Notes: generated by a model from the sequence alone, not told the origin. A stretch of DNA of 64,000 nucleotides from Octopus sinensis (GCF_006345805.1 NC_043000.1:99448001-99512000); one strand, 5' to 3'. Counted from the stretch's first letter, positions 12,571 to 26,914 are shown. Made by a program: numbers and translations.

Positions 12571-13199
12571 TTATTTTATGGAAGAAATTAATATAATTAT
12601 ATATTTGGAGCAAAATCTATGTACGAGTCGGTGGTGGGGTAGAAGGGAGAAAGATGTGGAGATTAGCTGTACTCTGTGACACGATTTTCTGGAGGTTGTA
12701 TTAGAGGCGGCGTTGGGGATAAGTCTACTCTCCGCTTAAAAATTAGACGGTGCCCTACATCGAAATTCTGGTAAATTTCAGTTGTAATGAAATACAGGAA
12801 TAATTAAATTAACGAAGAAAAGAGAATCGTGTCATATGGAACGACGCTTGCAGAAAAAAAAAAAAGAAAATAAAAGATGTGGGGGTTACTTCTATTCCCC
12901 GACCAAAAATTGGACTGTGTCCTACATCGAAGCTCTGGAGAATTTCACTTGTTATGAAGCACAGGGATTATTAAAATACGAACCCTACCCTCGCCGACAA
13001 AATCGGGTCGAAAGGGACAGCTATTCTGAAACTTCGGTGAAGGAATTTAATGAATTTCTATGAGGAATAATATAATGGGGTGGATGGCCAAGTTTGTATT
13101 TTGTAAGATTTTGAGTTGTTAGGAGCAGGGCCTTCCTAATAGCATTAGAGGCACGCGATCAAAGCAATAACTGAGTGTGGTCTCATTTATTTATTGTTC

Positions 13200-13580
13200 T
13201 CAGGCATAGCTGTCTGGTTAAGAAGTTCACTTTGCAATCATGTGGTTTCGGGTTCAGTCCCGTTGCATGGCTTCTCGGGCAAGTGTCTTCTACTGTAGCT
13301 TCATGCTAACCAATACCTTGCGAATAAATTTGGTAGATGGAAACTGTGTGAAAATTCATTGGGTGTGTGTATGTGTGTGTGTTTGTTTTCCCTTCTCACT
13401 GCTTGACAAGCGGTGGTGGTTTGTTTACGGCCCCTTAAGTTAATGGTTCGGCAAAAGTGACAGAATAAGTACCAAACTTGAAAATAAGTACTGGGGTCGA
13501 TTTGTTCGACTAATTCCTTCAGATCGGTGCCCCAGCATGGTCGCAGTCCAATGACTGAAAAAAAAATAAGAGATAAAAGA
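13200..13580 (+). mobile_element. Diverged full-length family B SINE
   Basis: Head, ggttcagtcc B-box, gggcaagtgtctt, tail ggtgccccagcatggtcgcag. Confidence 0.85.
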
Positions 13581-13852
13581 TACACCGCACCAAACATAGA
13601 CTACCAGTAATCCCCCAGTCCCCTCGAGGTCCCAGTATGTCCCAGCCTTTAAGATAAGTATTAGTTAGATCAGCAAAATTGTTTTCATTTTTGCTTTTAG
13701 CGTTACAATCGCTGTGGCTGTTAATTATAACAAACATAGATGAAGTTGATAAATATTGAATAAATATGCATGGGAAATGTTTATTTTAAATGTAAGCAGT
13801 CACGATTTTAAAGGTGCAGTGTTGTCGGAAAATGAGAAAGAAAGAATGTAAA

Positions 13853-13999
13853 TTGGTACTTATTCTGTCACTTTTGCCGAACCATTAACTTAAGGGGCCG
13901 TAAACAAACCACCACCGCTTGTCAAGCAGTGAGAAGGGAAAACAAACACACACATACACACACCCAATGAATTTTCACACAGTTTCCATCTACCAAATT
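13853..13999 (-). repeat. Local inverted duplicate of 13327-13475
   Basis: Reverse complement of that SINE segment, including its private mutations, minus one TG unit. Confidence 0.95.
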
Positions 14000-14729
14000 G
14001 GGAGAAGTAAAGAGAACCTGAATTGGGAGAAGTAAAGAGAACCTGAAAGGGCGACTGTTTGTGCTTGACGCATGTGTGTGTGTGTGTGTGTGTGTGTGCG
14101 TGCGCGCGTGTATTGCTTTAAAGATAGGTGAAAAGTATATTGGTAACGAAATATAAACTAGGTGTACTTAGACCACTTTCTCCCACAAAAGATGTGTGCA
14201 TATATATCTATCTGTGTCTCACCACCATCGCTTGATAACCGGTGTTGGTGTGTTTACGTCCCTCGTATTTAGCAGTTCGGCAAGAGTGACCAATAGATAA
14301 GTACCAGGCTTAAAAAGAAAGAACCCCCCCTCCCCCTAAAAAAAAAAACGAGTGTATAGGGGTTGATTCGTTCGACTAAAATTCTTCAAGACGGTGCCCC
14401 CAGCATGGCCGCAATCTAATGACTGAAACAGGAAAAAGATAAAATACACACACACACACACACATACACACACACACATACACACGCACACGCACGCACA
14501 CCATGTTAGAAAAAGTGGAACTGGTTAGGTTTGGGGGGATTAGAATTAGCAAGTAAATATTTTTCTTTTTCGATTTAATGTAATTATCTAAAATTAACAT
14601 TTAATTAATAACGTGAATGGGAAAAAAATATTCGTATTATATTTTATAATTTGGTTGCATAATTAAAACGTTAAAGTTGTTAATTAAGGTGAAATACGAT
14701 TGGATCCATAATGGATTTTAGTAGACTAG

Positions 14730-15265
14730 CAATTTCTGAGGGGAGGAGCTAAGCAGATACCTATTTCTTTATTACCCACAAGGGGCTAAACACAGAGGGG
14801 ACAAACAAGGACAGACATAGGTATTAAGTCGATTACATCGACCCCAGTGCGCAACTGGTATTTAGTTTATCGACCCCGAAAGGATGAAAGGCAAAGTCGA
14901 CCTCGGCGGAATTTGAACTCACAACGTAACGCAGGCGAAATACCTATTTCTTTACTACCCACAGGGGTCTAAACACAGAGAGGACAAACAAGGACAAACA
15001 AACGGATTAAGTCGATTATATCGACCCCAGTGCGTAACTGGTACTTATTTAATCGACCCCGAAAGGATGAAAGGCAAAGTCGACCTCGGCGGAATTTGAA
15101 CTCACAGCGTAGCGGCAGACGAAATACCGCTAAGCATTTCGCCCGGCGTGCTAACGTTTCTGCCAGCTCGCCGCTAAGCAGATACCATCCGAAAGGATGG
15201 AAGGGTATTGACCTCGACAGGATTTGAACTCGGAACGTAAAGAGCAGTATGAAATACCGCGAGAT
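14730..15265 (-). mobile_element. Multimeric family A SINE plus a degenerate neighbour
   Basis: Head at ~15175; two aaagaaataggtat junctions near 14943 and 14760. Confidence 0.85.
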
Positions 15266-15615
15266 ATCACTAAACGTATAATGTTAAACAGAAAAGGTAG
15301 AGACAACATGAAATATTGCAGTGTTAGGTTCCATAAATTCCTATGAAAAGTATCCTCTGAGTGTGTGTGTGTGTGTGTGCGTGCGTGTGTGCACACATAC
15401 ACACATATAGAGACATGTATATATGTATGTATGTATGTATGCATTATGTATGTATGCATTATGTATGTATGTATGTATGTATGTATGTATGTATGTATGC
15501 ATTATGTATGTATGTATGTATGTATGTATAGAGTGTTAGGTGTGATGTACACTCAGAGTTAATACATAGGATGATAGATAGACATACGTATAGACAGATA
15601 TGCATATGTGACATA

Positions 15616-15670
<55 letters not shown>

Positions 15671-16391
15671 AACCATCCGATCTTCTGAGTACCTCATTTC
15701 ATCTAATATATACATATATATATATATACATGTGTGTATATATATATGTATATGTGTGTGTGTATACATATATATACACGTATATATACTCATACATATA
15801 CACATTCATACATACATACATAAATGCACATGTATATATATATATATGTATGTATATGTGTGTGTATACATATATACCCACGTATATATACTCATACATA
15901 CACAAATTCATACATCCATCCATCCATATATAAATACATACATACATACATACATAATACATACATACACAAACACACACACATACACACACACACACAC
16001 AGCAGTGTATTGATATCTGTGGGTGTAAATATTTCAACTTGAGTGGAATTCGGTGCTAATGTGAAGAATCCTTCGCTAAGAGATACAGGTTAAGAATACG
16101 AATTCATCATTTAAGTTGGCATATAGTTTTTTTGTGAAGAAGAATAAACGGTTTGCTGAACCTTGTTGTGGTTAACATTTAGTTAAGAAGAAGGAAGGTT
16201 TATGGGTGGAGATTATTTGTGCCCTAAAGATGAAAGAATTCTGTTTTTTAATTAATGCGGGTACATAAATGGTAAGAAGAACCGAATGGAATCGTCTTAA
16301 TAACTTTGGAATGTATGCGTATATGTATTTACGTGTGTAGTGTGTATTAATGATATAATTATATACATACATACATGCATACATAAATATA

Positions 16392-16429
<38 letters not shown>

Positions 16430-16597
16430 ATATAGATATATAATATTATGTAATAATATATTAATGAATATACGCCTAGTACACACACATATGTATATAT
16501 AAATTATATATATGTATATCTAGCAAACTAGCTCCGTATCTATCTATCTATTATCTATCTTCTATCTATCTATCTATCTATCTATCTATCATCGAAC

Positions 16598-16642
<45 letters not shown>

Positions 16643-16776
16643 CCATCTGCATGTATACACATGCATACATACTATGCATAGTGCGTGTGTGTGTATATAT
16701 ATATATATATAGATATAGATATATATAAACACACGGACATACACACATATACATACAAAAATATATATATACCCAC

Positions 16777-16841
<65 letters not shown>

Positions 16842-16859
16842 TACATGCATATATGTGTA

Positions 16860-16905
<46 letters not shown>

Positions 16906-17077
16906 CTATATATAGATATATATATATATATATCTATATATATATATATATATATACTATATATATATGCATGCATGCATACTAGTGTTATATGTAGAGA
17001 AGATAGCTAGGTAGCTAGACTAGATAGACAGGCAGACAGCAGGCAGACAGATAGATAGATAGATAGATAGATAGAGA

Positions 17078-17119
<42 letters not shown>

Positions 17120-17128
17120 GATAGATAA

Positions 17129-17420
17129 AGGCGCATGGCTTAGAGGTTAGTGTGTTGCACTCACGATTGCGAGATCGTGGGTTCGATTCCCAGACCGGGT
17201 GTTGCGTTGTGTTCTTGAGCAAAACACATCATTTCATGTTGCTCTGCGATCATTTCAACATCCGACATGTCGCACCTGTACAGGTAATGTCGATTGATAG
17301 AGGGCGGGAGTTTATGTCTACACAAACATTTGATCACTATAAACAGATCATCTTCTGTGGTTGTTCAGCAAGAAATTGTCCTACCCTCATTCGTCCTCTA
17401 ACGACAGGGAAGTCGATGAT
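17129..17420 (+). mobile_element. Family D tRNA-SINE
   Basis: ggcgcatggcttagaggttag, gggttcgattcc, gttcttgagcaaaacac; homologous to 3785-4030. Confidence 0.82.
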
Positions 17421-17421
17421 G

Positions 17422-17457
<36 letters not shown>

Positions 17458-17567
17458 GTATATATATATATATATATATATACACGCACATACATACATA
17501 CACTCACATACACACACACACATATATACATGCATACATGCATACATGCATGCATGCATGCATACAT

Positions 17568-17615
<48 letters not shown>

Positions 17616-17640
17616 CACACGTGTGTATATATATATATAT

Positions 17641-17980
17641 TATCTTTTACTTGCGGTGAAGCTGAGGCACCACCTTGAGTTTTTAGTCAAATGAATCAAC
17701 CCCAGCACTTTATAGGTCTTTTTGCCGAAGTTACGGGGACGTAAACACACAAATACCGGTTGTCAAGCGGTGATGCGGCAGGCTAAACACGGACACAAAG
17801 ACACACATATAGATATATATATATACGACAGGCTTCTTTCAGTTTCCGTCTGCCAAGTCCACTCACAAGGCTTTGGCCGGCCCGAGGCTATAGTAGAAGA
17901 CACTTGTCCGAGGTGCCACGAAGCGGGACTGAAGCCGAAACGATGTGGTCGGAAAGCAAGATTCTTGTCACTTAGCCACT
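17641..17980 (-). mobile_element. Diverged family B SINE
   Basis: Tail, internal (TA) tract and head recognisable. Confidence 0.8.
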
Positions 17981-18006
17981 ACAGAAATATGTGTGTTATA
18001 TATAAG

Positions 18007-18059
<53 letters not shown>

Positions 18060-18060
<1 letters not shown>

Positions 18061-18355
18061 GTCGCACTTTTCAAGCCTATCCAGGCTCATGGGCCCGGTT
18101 TCCCGGTTTCTATGGCGTATGTGTTCCCCCCAGCTGGACAGGACACCGGTCCATCGCAGCGTTACTCAAGAAACAGGAAGAGAGAGTGAGAGAAAGTTGT
18201 GGCGAAAGAGTACAACAGGGGTCACCACCACTCTCTGCCAGAGCCTCGTGGAGCTTTTAGGTGTTTTCGCTCAATAAACACTCACAACGCAAGGTCTGGG
18301 AATCGAAACCGCGATCCGCCGACCGCGAGTCCGTTGCCCTAACCACTAGGCCACA
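18060..18355 (-). mobile_element. SINE with family C head and body but a V-domain-like tail (T2)
   Basis: rc head gtggcctagtggttagggcaacggactcgcgg; tail gctgcgatggaccggtgtcctgtccagc...ccatagaaaccggg. Confidence 0.82.
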
Positions 18356-19144
18356 CGGGACTTAATTTATGATACTATCAATACTGTATGATATTATGAC
18401 TCCATTTGCTTATATACGAGTGCTCTTATTTAATGTTTTTGTCTCACTTGTATAAAAACTTATGAAATATACGTGTTTGTGTGTGTGTGTGTGTGTGATA
18501 ATCGCTACCACCAGCTGACTGACCCTCGAAATCTTTTAGCAGAGTCCACATTTTTGGATGAATTTTTGGCAAAATCTCACATCGGAGCATCATAGTTCAG
18601 TAGCGTGAAGCAGTTTCCCGCCTCATCCACTGCTTAATCGTAGATTCACCCCCCCCCCCTACCAGTTTTATAGACATTTCCAAACTAACAGGCTCTACCC
18701 TTTGTCCTTTTGCTAAGCTTAAAATCATAAATATAGGCGTTTTGTGCGTGTGTGGTGTTGTGTAATGTGCCAAATATTCTTTTTTCGCAATTATTCTGTT
18801 ATTTTATCCATCAGTTTGTATTTTGAATTTCTCGTCTCCCCTTCTGTAATTGTTGGTGCGCGAAATCCGTAAGGAAATCTACTCTCGAATTTTTCTCTAA
18901 GACATTCAGCTTTTTTTTTTATTTCGTAGAAATTATCCCTACCCTCTCAAACATGCATATGATGGTATGTATGCATACAAACATACATATATAAAAACAT
19001 TCATACATATACAACATGTAGTGCATACACGATACATATATATATATATATATATACATAGATATAATTATCATATATATATATATATATATATATATGG
19101 AGAGAGAGAGAGATAATTTTATATATATGTACACACATATACAC

Positions 19145-19185
<41 letters not shown>

Positions 19186-20607
19186 CATATAATTTTATAT
19201 ATACATACATTCACATAGATTACATAATGAATGTACAAATACATGTTTCTATATATATAATTATGTGTGTATGTGTGTGTAGATATATGATATACTTACA
19301 TGCATATACATAAGATACAATTATATAATACATAGATTTATGTATGTAGGCCCACACATATTTATAGATATATATTGGCAGACGGATAGATATTTTGTGT
19401 TCACGCTTGTGAATTACACACACACACACATACACACACACAAAGAAACAAACAAACACACACATACACATACACGCGCGCGTGTGTACATATATATGTG
19501 CCAAAACATATCAATAACAGAAGCAAATGAGGAACAACGTAGAAGCAAAAGATGCCTAAGGTTATCCTGTTCATCCATTGGTGATCAATAAAAACAATCA
19601 CTTCAGACATACAACATCTCAACAGGGTACGCATCCATGCAATAGACCAGAGAATTACAACTGCTGCCGTCTTTTGTATTACACTTTCCGTGCCCTGAAG
19701 TTACGGAAGTGGTGATATTTCTTTGTCGGAAATGCCTGATACTCCATCTATCGCAAATGAAAGGTCCGCCGTCTTTACCATCAGTAATCAGCAAAGACCA
19801 TGACTAGCTATGCTGCGCTAGAACAAAGGATACCATCAAGTTTGATAGTGGTTGGAGAGAGAGCAACAAAAAAAGATCGCTCTTACCTGTACTACACTTG
19901 AACCTGCAAAATTGGAGGTTATTCCATTGTCTCATTGCCCCAGTTATACGTAATACTCCATCCACCACGACAAAACTATTTGACTCTTAGTTGGGGTCTG
20001 TCATCTAAGTGTCTCGCAGTCTTACTCGCTAGAGCTAGGTTTTGCTTTTTTATAGTGGAAAAAGAGCTGTGCGTGCATCGGACACAATTTCTCGCTCTGA
20101 TACGTTATGCTCAGCGGCCAGATAAAGGCAACGCAACTGAATTTGTATGAAAATACAGGAGATTGCCAAAGTGGTTGAAAAGATCTTCAGACCACGCTGC
20201 ACCATCTTAGTGTATATCCACGCCATGAAACATCATTCTAGATGCTGACCCTGCATTATGGCTTGTAGCTCATCATGATGGTATGTTGCCATTTGCATCA
20301 GTTGTCCACATAGGACTTCTGCCATCACCTTCGAAGTTGTTGACATGAAGATTAGTTATTCATTCATATTCTATTTGAATAATTGATAACACGCACATGC
20401 ATACACTCACACTGATCAGTTTTAGAGTGTTACTGATGATATGTAACCCAGTACCGGGTTGTCGGCGATAAAAATTATACTGTATTATAGATCCATTTCA
20501 GCTGACCTTAGCAATCGGTTTTGCAGTGTATTTAGATAACTGGATATTAGATATGTATATATGTATATGTATGTGTGTATATATATGTGTGTATATATAT
20601 GTGTGTA

Positions 20608-20704
<97 letters not shown>

Positions 20705-20810
20705 GTCTATCTATCAATCTCTTAATCTATCTGTCTATCTATCAATCTCTTAATCTATCTGTCTATCTATCAATCTCTCAATCTATCTATATCTATATCA
20801 ACCTACCTAC

Positions 20811-20845
<35 letters not shown>

Positions 20846-20856
20846 CTATCTATCTA

Positions 20857-20941
<85 letters not shown>

Positions 20942-21589
20942 CAATGGAGTGGCTTTCTTTGGTCAAGTAGTATTGAAGGAAATCTGGTCAGATTCTCTTA
21001 GCTGGTTGGGAGAGAAAGAGGAGGAATAAAAGTAGGGAAACAGAAAGAAAATGAGTTGGTAGATGGAGATGCGAAAAGCGGATGAAAGCAAAAGCAAAGG
21101 AGAGAGATGGGGCGGGATTGAGAAGGGTAGATATAGGGTAAAACAGACCAGTTAAGAGCGATAGGAAGGCACTGAAATAGAAGAAAAGTAAAAGGCGGTA
21201 AAAACAGAAAGGAAGAAAAAAGTATAAGGAAATGTGGACGGTAATGGCTGCACATGAAAACTGACAAAGAATAGAAATGTTTTGTGCTCGATTAGGTATG
21301 AAGAACGTGGATTACAATTTAAAACAAAAGTTACAAATCACATTACATTACTTATATCGTACTTAATTACTATTTCTAAAAGACTAGGGTGAAGGACGAA
21401 GTCCTGTTGCTTACACACCCCCACACACCTCTCTCCCTCTCTCTCCCTCTCCCCCCTCTCTCTCTGGGTCACATGCACATACATACCCGCACATATTCTT
21501 CTACCTGTTTCAGCTTGAGAGCTGTGGCCATGCTGGGACACCGCCATTGGTTTTTACCTACGTTTTCATAAATCCTCCCTTTTATAGTT

Positions 21590-21740
21590 AGCATATGGTG
21601 AAGTAGGGAGTTTGATGTTGTTGCCCTCAGTTGCTTTTCCTGTCGTGAAGTTGGCTCATCCGGGATTCTTAACGGTGAGTGATCCAGTTCTGTTCTGAAG
21701 ACGTCTACATCCACACCATGTACATCATTCAAACACCTCT
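21590..21740 (-). mobile_element. CR1-like LINE 3' fragment
   Basis: Translation VDVFRTELDHSPLRIPDEPTSRQEKQLRATTSNSL resembles the CR1 ORF2 C-terminus FKxxLDxxLxxIPDEP...SNSL. Confidence 0.65.
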
Positions 21741-21759
21741 CTTTCTCTCTCTCTCTCAG

Positions 21760-21790
<31 letters not shown>

Positions 21791-21817
21791 ACAATCATTT
21801 ATACATATATTTATATA

Positions 21818-22212
21818 CTAGCAGTATCGCCCGGCGTTGCTCGGGTTTGTAAGGGAAATAACCATATAAGCATTTTTAGAGATGTAAAGTATAATAGCCA
21901 TCTCAATATGGCTAACCACAAAGGGGGGGGGGTGTTACTGTAGCTTTTTACATTCTGAGATTTAATAATAAATTTTTAGAAAGTTACGTCCCTTATATAT
22001 GCCAAAAATGCTTAAAAATGGGAAAATGATGAATTTTTTTTTTTAAATCGTAGACTCATCGTAGACGCGCGCTAATACCCAGAAGGGCTCGATATGAATT
22101 ACGACTATAAGATACCCGGTTTTGATTAAACTGCACCGCAAAATGTAGGAGTAGTTAGGAATTTAAATGGTAGGGGACAGACAGTACACAACCTCACTTT
22201 TATATATAAAGA
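21818..22212 (-). mobile_element. Non-autonomous Helitron
   Basis: Minus strand A|TC-TTTATATATAAA start, subterminal hairpin cccgagcaacgccggg, CTAG|T end, no TSD. Confidence 0.85.
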
Positions 22213-22342
22213 TGTAACGCGCATACATACATTTGCATATGGGATACGACATGCGCATGGAAACAACAGTAAAACACAGGTTTGTGCAGAAAAGTGACAG
22301 ACATAGCCTCAAGACAGATTTATGTATATCTACACACGCGCC

Positions 22343-22411
<69 letters not shown>

Positions 22412-22600
22412 CTATATATGTTATATATGTATGTATATATGTATATGTATGTATATATGTATGTATATATGGATGTATATATATTATGTATGTATATATA
22501 TGTATGTATATATTATATTATGTATGTATATATATATATGTATGTATATATATTATGTATATATATATATGTATACATATATCTATATATATATGTAATG

Positions 22601-22631
<31 letters not shown>

Positions 22632-22683
22632 TAAATATTATTTATATATTTAGTATATATATATCATATATATTATATATATA

Positions 22684-22722
<39 letters not shown>

Positions 22723-23290
22723 ATATATATATATTATATATATATATATATGTACGCATACACTATACACTTACCTTCAAACCTTAGTAGTTGTTTTGAT
22801 TTAAACAAAAAGAAAGTCTTGTCACTTTGTTAGAGAGCAATTTGAATTCTGGAATGCGAAATACTTAATATCCCGAAGAAATCAAAGAAACGACATCTAT
22901 GAATGCATGTGTGTGTGTGTGTGTGTTGTGTGTGTGTGTGTGTGTGTGTGTGCGCGTGTTTGAGAGAGAGAGAGAGAAGAAAAATATGGTAAACACAAGT
23001 TTATTTTATGAGATTCTCCCTACGTTTCACTTTCAGCTCTCTGTAACTTAAAGTAACAATGCAATAAATTGTTCCCTTATGATCCGTTCTGGTTAAGCCT
23101 CCAAATGAACCTGGAACATCCAGTGCAGGGTTTCAAGCAACCTTTATGGGGAAACGCACACGCAAGAACTAATAATAGTGTTTATTGCAATTACTTCTGC
23201 ACTTGCTCTGTACTTCATAAATAGTAATACTACTAAGTTTAGTAGTTTGCATAAGCACTATGCTGAAGCAGAATGAACTATGATAACCTC

Positions 23291-23347
<57 letters not shown>

Positions 23348-23454
23348 TATATATATATATATATTATCATAAATACTACGATGATCCGGTTCTTGACTGA
23401 TGAGGGGTATGTCCTGTCCATGTTTATATCGTCATATATATCTATATTTTTCTA

Positions 23455-23489
<35 letters not shown>

Positions 23490-23498
23490 ATACACACA

Positions 23499-23709
23499 CG
23501 AGGAGGTGCTGCTGAAAAGTTCCTGGCTTGAGTAAAAGAGAATACAGGAGGGAGGATCTGTTATGATTTTATTCAACATATTCCCTTCTTAGATTCACGC
23601 ACTTATTGCAGCGGTCCTTCCGTTTTTCTAAGCCCTGCATAGATACCCGGCAAGTAGGGCCTCCAACCAGACCTTTCGCGATGCCCTTAAAGCCAGGAAT
23701 TTTTCAGTA
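23499..23709 (-). mobile_element. Mariner-derived MITE retaining the last transposase codons
   Basis: TIRs ctgaaaagttcctggctt / aagccaggaatttttcag; rc QGLEKRKDRCNKCVNLRREYVE* matches the mariner C-terminus. Confidence 0.8.
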
Positions 23710-23744
<35 letters not shown>

Positions 23745-23814
23745 TACACACACACATACACATACACACACACACATACATATATATATACACACATACA
23801 TAGATACATATATG

Positions 23815-24004
23815 TTAAATGACAATGAAGCAAGAATTACGTAATCAACTTCATCGGCCTACAGTTGTTTGTGCTATGAAAAAACAGAGCAATCAGAGCA
23901 GAGCGCTTATCCACCAAGGAAGCTAGATGTTACAGAAGCACTCAGCTCCGACTGCACATATATAATGTATGTATGTATGTATGTATGTATGTATGTTGTA
24001 TGTA

Positions 24005-24041
<37 letters not shown>

Positions 24042-24069
24042 ATATATATATCTATATATATATATATAT

Positions 24070-24112
<43 letters not shown>

Positions 24113-24500
24113 AGTATTATGTATGTATTTGTGTATCTCTCCCCTTTCCTCCCCTCCTCTCTCTCTCTCTCTCTCATCATCTCTATATCTCTATATATAT
24201 ATATATATATATATAATGATTTCACTAAGCATTTACATATTCAGTACACAGTTGCCTAAGACTATTAGGCGAGTACAGAGTGTAATATTAATTATTAAAT
24301 GACAAGAGAGTAGGAATTGTATAATCAACTTCATTAGCTTGCCGTTGTTTCTGCTACAAGAAGCTGCGCAGTCGGAGCTGAGTGTTTATGTAACATCTAT
24401 CTTCCTTGGTGCATAAGCACTCTGCTCTGATTGCCCTGTTTTTATAGCACATTAGTAGGCTAATGAGGTTGATTGCGTAATTCTTGCTATATTATCATTC
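23815..24500. repeat. ~145-bp inverted repeat (23815-23958 / 24366-24500) around microsatellites, plus a partial direct copy at 24295-24360
   Basis: Arms alignable by eye, e.g. ctcagctccgactgc / gcagtcggagctgag. Confidence 0.85.
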
Positions 24501-24953
24501 AACATACACACAAGCCCCCCCCTCCCCCCACACAACCCTCCTTACACACACATAATAGTGCAGTCTGATTAACGGGTAGTTTATTTACTATTTCTAATAA
24601 TAGGCTGAACGACCGCCTAGAGACCTCCAGGTAGGTTCATAGATGCTTCTGCCAGGATCTTAGAATATACACCATCATAAAAGAGTAGTTACTGTTTTTA
24701 CTTAGTCTCAAGCCAAGCTCGATCGAGAATAACTATGATCTAATGCTTTCCAGCTGGAACCATCCACTTTCTTTTATGGAATTATCAAGGACTACAGATT
24801 CTAAAGCACCCTTCCTCTATCTTTAGTTTTTTCTTTTTTAGAATACTAATACTAATAATAATGATAATAATAATAATAATGATGATTTCGTTTTTGTATT
24901 TGGTTTGCAAGATTCTTTATGTGAATTCGTGTGTTGAAGCATATTTTATAGTT

Positions 24954-24984
<31 letters not shown>

Positions 24985-24989
24985 TAATA

Positions 24990-26888
24990 ACGAAGGATCA
25001 GCTCTTAATTGATAATCTAATTTAAAAAGGAACTGCAAGAGAAGACACTCAAGCCTGAGCATGGCGTGGATTGACTATCGCAAAGCATACGATATGATTC
25101 TCCTTGCTAATAAGAACAACAGAAATGTATGGAGTAGCAGAAAATATGAGAAGCTTTATATGGAAAAACATGAAATGCTGGAGAATGGAATTGACAGCAG
25201 GGAATCAAGTATTAGGGGAGGTGAAAAATCAAGAGAGGAATCTTCCAAGGGGTCTGTGTATCCCCACTGATCTTCGTGTTGGGAATGAACTCCTTGAGTG
25301 AAATACTACAGAAAGCAAAGTTGGGGTATGATCTGGGAAGAGGTAAGGGAAAACTGAACCACTTGCTATTCATAAAAACTATTCATATAAAGCTATTCAC
25401 AGAAACTGAGGCAGAACTGGGCAGCCTAGTCCAGTTTGTGCGGATCATCTCCAATGATATTAAGATGGAGTTATGATACTAGAAATGTGCTACGATGGTG
25501 ATAAGACGAGGAAAGCTTGTCAAGACAGAAGGCATATGGTTGCAAAGTGGTGAAATGACGAAGGAAATTAAACATAACTCCAGCTACAAATATCTGGGAA
25601 TACTTAAGGCAGATAGAATCAAACACAATGACATGAGGGAAAAGACAAAAACAGAGTACCTGCGGTGAGTGAGAAAGATATTGGCTTCAAAGCTGAATGC
25701 CAGAAATATAATTTCAGCAATAAACTTGCGCGCAGTCACAGTAGTTCGGCATGGCGCTGGAATCCTGAAGTAGACAGAGGAAGAGCTAAAGGAGAAGGAG
25801 AGGAAGTGAAGAAAGCTCCTAATGTTGCATGGAGCCCATCATCCACGTGCAGACACTGATCGCCTATACATGAAGAAAGCAAATGGAGGAAGAGGACTGA
25901 CAAGTGTAGAAGATTGCGTACGTATCGAACTCGAGCGCTTAATGAGATATCTGGCTCAAAGTGAAGAAACCTTGTTAGTGACAGCTACGAACGAGGGAGT
26001 ATTGAAAGTAGAGAAAAAATGGAAAACAAAGGAAGAGGTACAAAAAGGACATGCAGAAGAATTACGCAAGAAGGGACCACAAAATCAATTCCATGTAGCC
26101 ACAACAGAAGTTGCTGGAAAAAAGTAGGTGGCATTTACTGATGAAAGGAACAGTAAAAAAAAAAAGATCGAGAGCACTATCCTGGCATCAGAAGACCAAG
26201 CTTTGGCCACGAACTGGAGGGTTAATCTTAGGAATGAGCAAGTGTCTCCGCTGTGCCGCATCTGCCCATATCACGAATGAATGCCCTAGACTTGCCCAAA
26301 ATCAACTGCAAGTTGTGGCGACACGATCAGGTAGCGAAAGTGTTATATTGGAAACTGGGCGAAAAGAGAGGCAAGACGTGGTATGAGCACAAACCGCAGA
26401 GAGTGGTGGAGTGGGAGACTAGCAAAATCCTCTGGGATTTCCCAATCCAAACAGATCAGGTGCTAGAGCATAACAGACTGAACCTAGTGGTGGTGGGCAA
26501 GGTGCAGCACATATACTGTAGAATTGATGTTGCATTCCCCTTTGACTCATGAATAGTCAAGAAGGAAGGCGAAAAGCTAGAGAAATACAACCCTCTTAAG
26601 TACGAAATAACCTGGCTATGGAAACTGAAGAAGGTGAAGCCAGAGCCAATTATTGTTGGGTCTTTGGTAACAGTATTAGAAGGCATCAAGAGGAATATAA
26701 AGGAAATTGGAATAGAGTGCTGAGTAGAACTGTTACAAAAGGTTTGCCTCCTTGGCACGGCAAGAATAATCAGGAAAGTACTAGATAGCTGAAAAGAACT
26801 GCTAGCATGGTATTGTAGGTTGCAGGTAGCAAGCCCGCTACGCATGCAAGACTCCAGAAGCTCCAACAAAACCGGTGATAAAGAGAAA
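24990..26888 (+). mobile_element. 5'-truncated, decayed R4/Dong-like non-LTR retrotransposon (RT + CCHC finger + restriction-like endonuclease)
   Basis: KDQLLID, MAWIDYRKAYD, GIFQG..SPLIF, HPRADTDRLY..GGRGL, AHITNECP..RHDQVAK, ILWDFPIQTD, IDVAFP, KVCLLGTARIIRKVLDS*; stops and frameshifts; (TAA)n on both sides. Confidence 0.93.
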
Positions 26889-26914
26889 TAATAATAATAA
26901 TAATTATAATGATA

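Noticed and set aside
12749-12980. Degenerate ~60-bp direct repeat, period ~167 bp, within the 12836-13063 ORF
   Set aside because: Only two diverged units, no coding or structural signal
19520-20350. Balanced-composition, coding-looking unique sequence
   Set aside because: Every frame I translated has stops and no motif I can name; probably an old element. A tblastx/HMM search would decide
23390-23445. CTGATGA-GGGG hammerhead-like start
   Set aside because: No GAAA or pairable stems in this copy; at most a dead remnant
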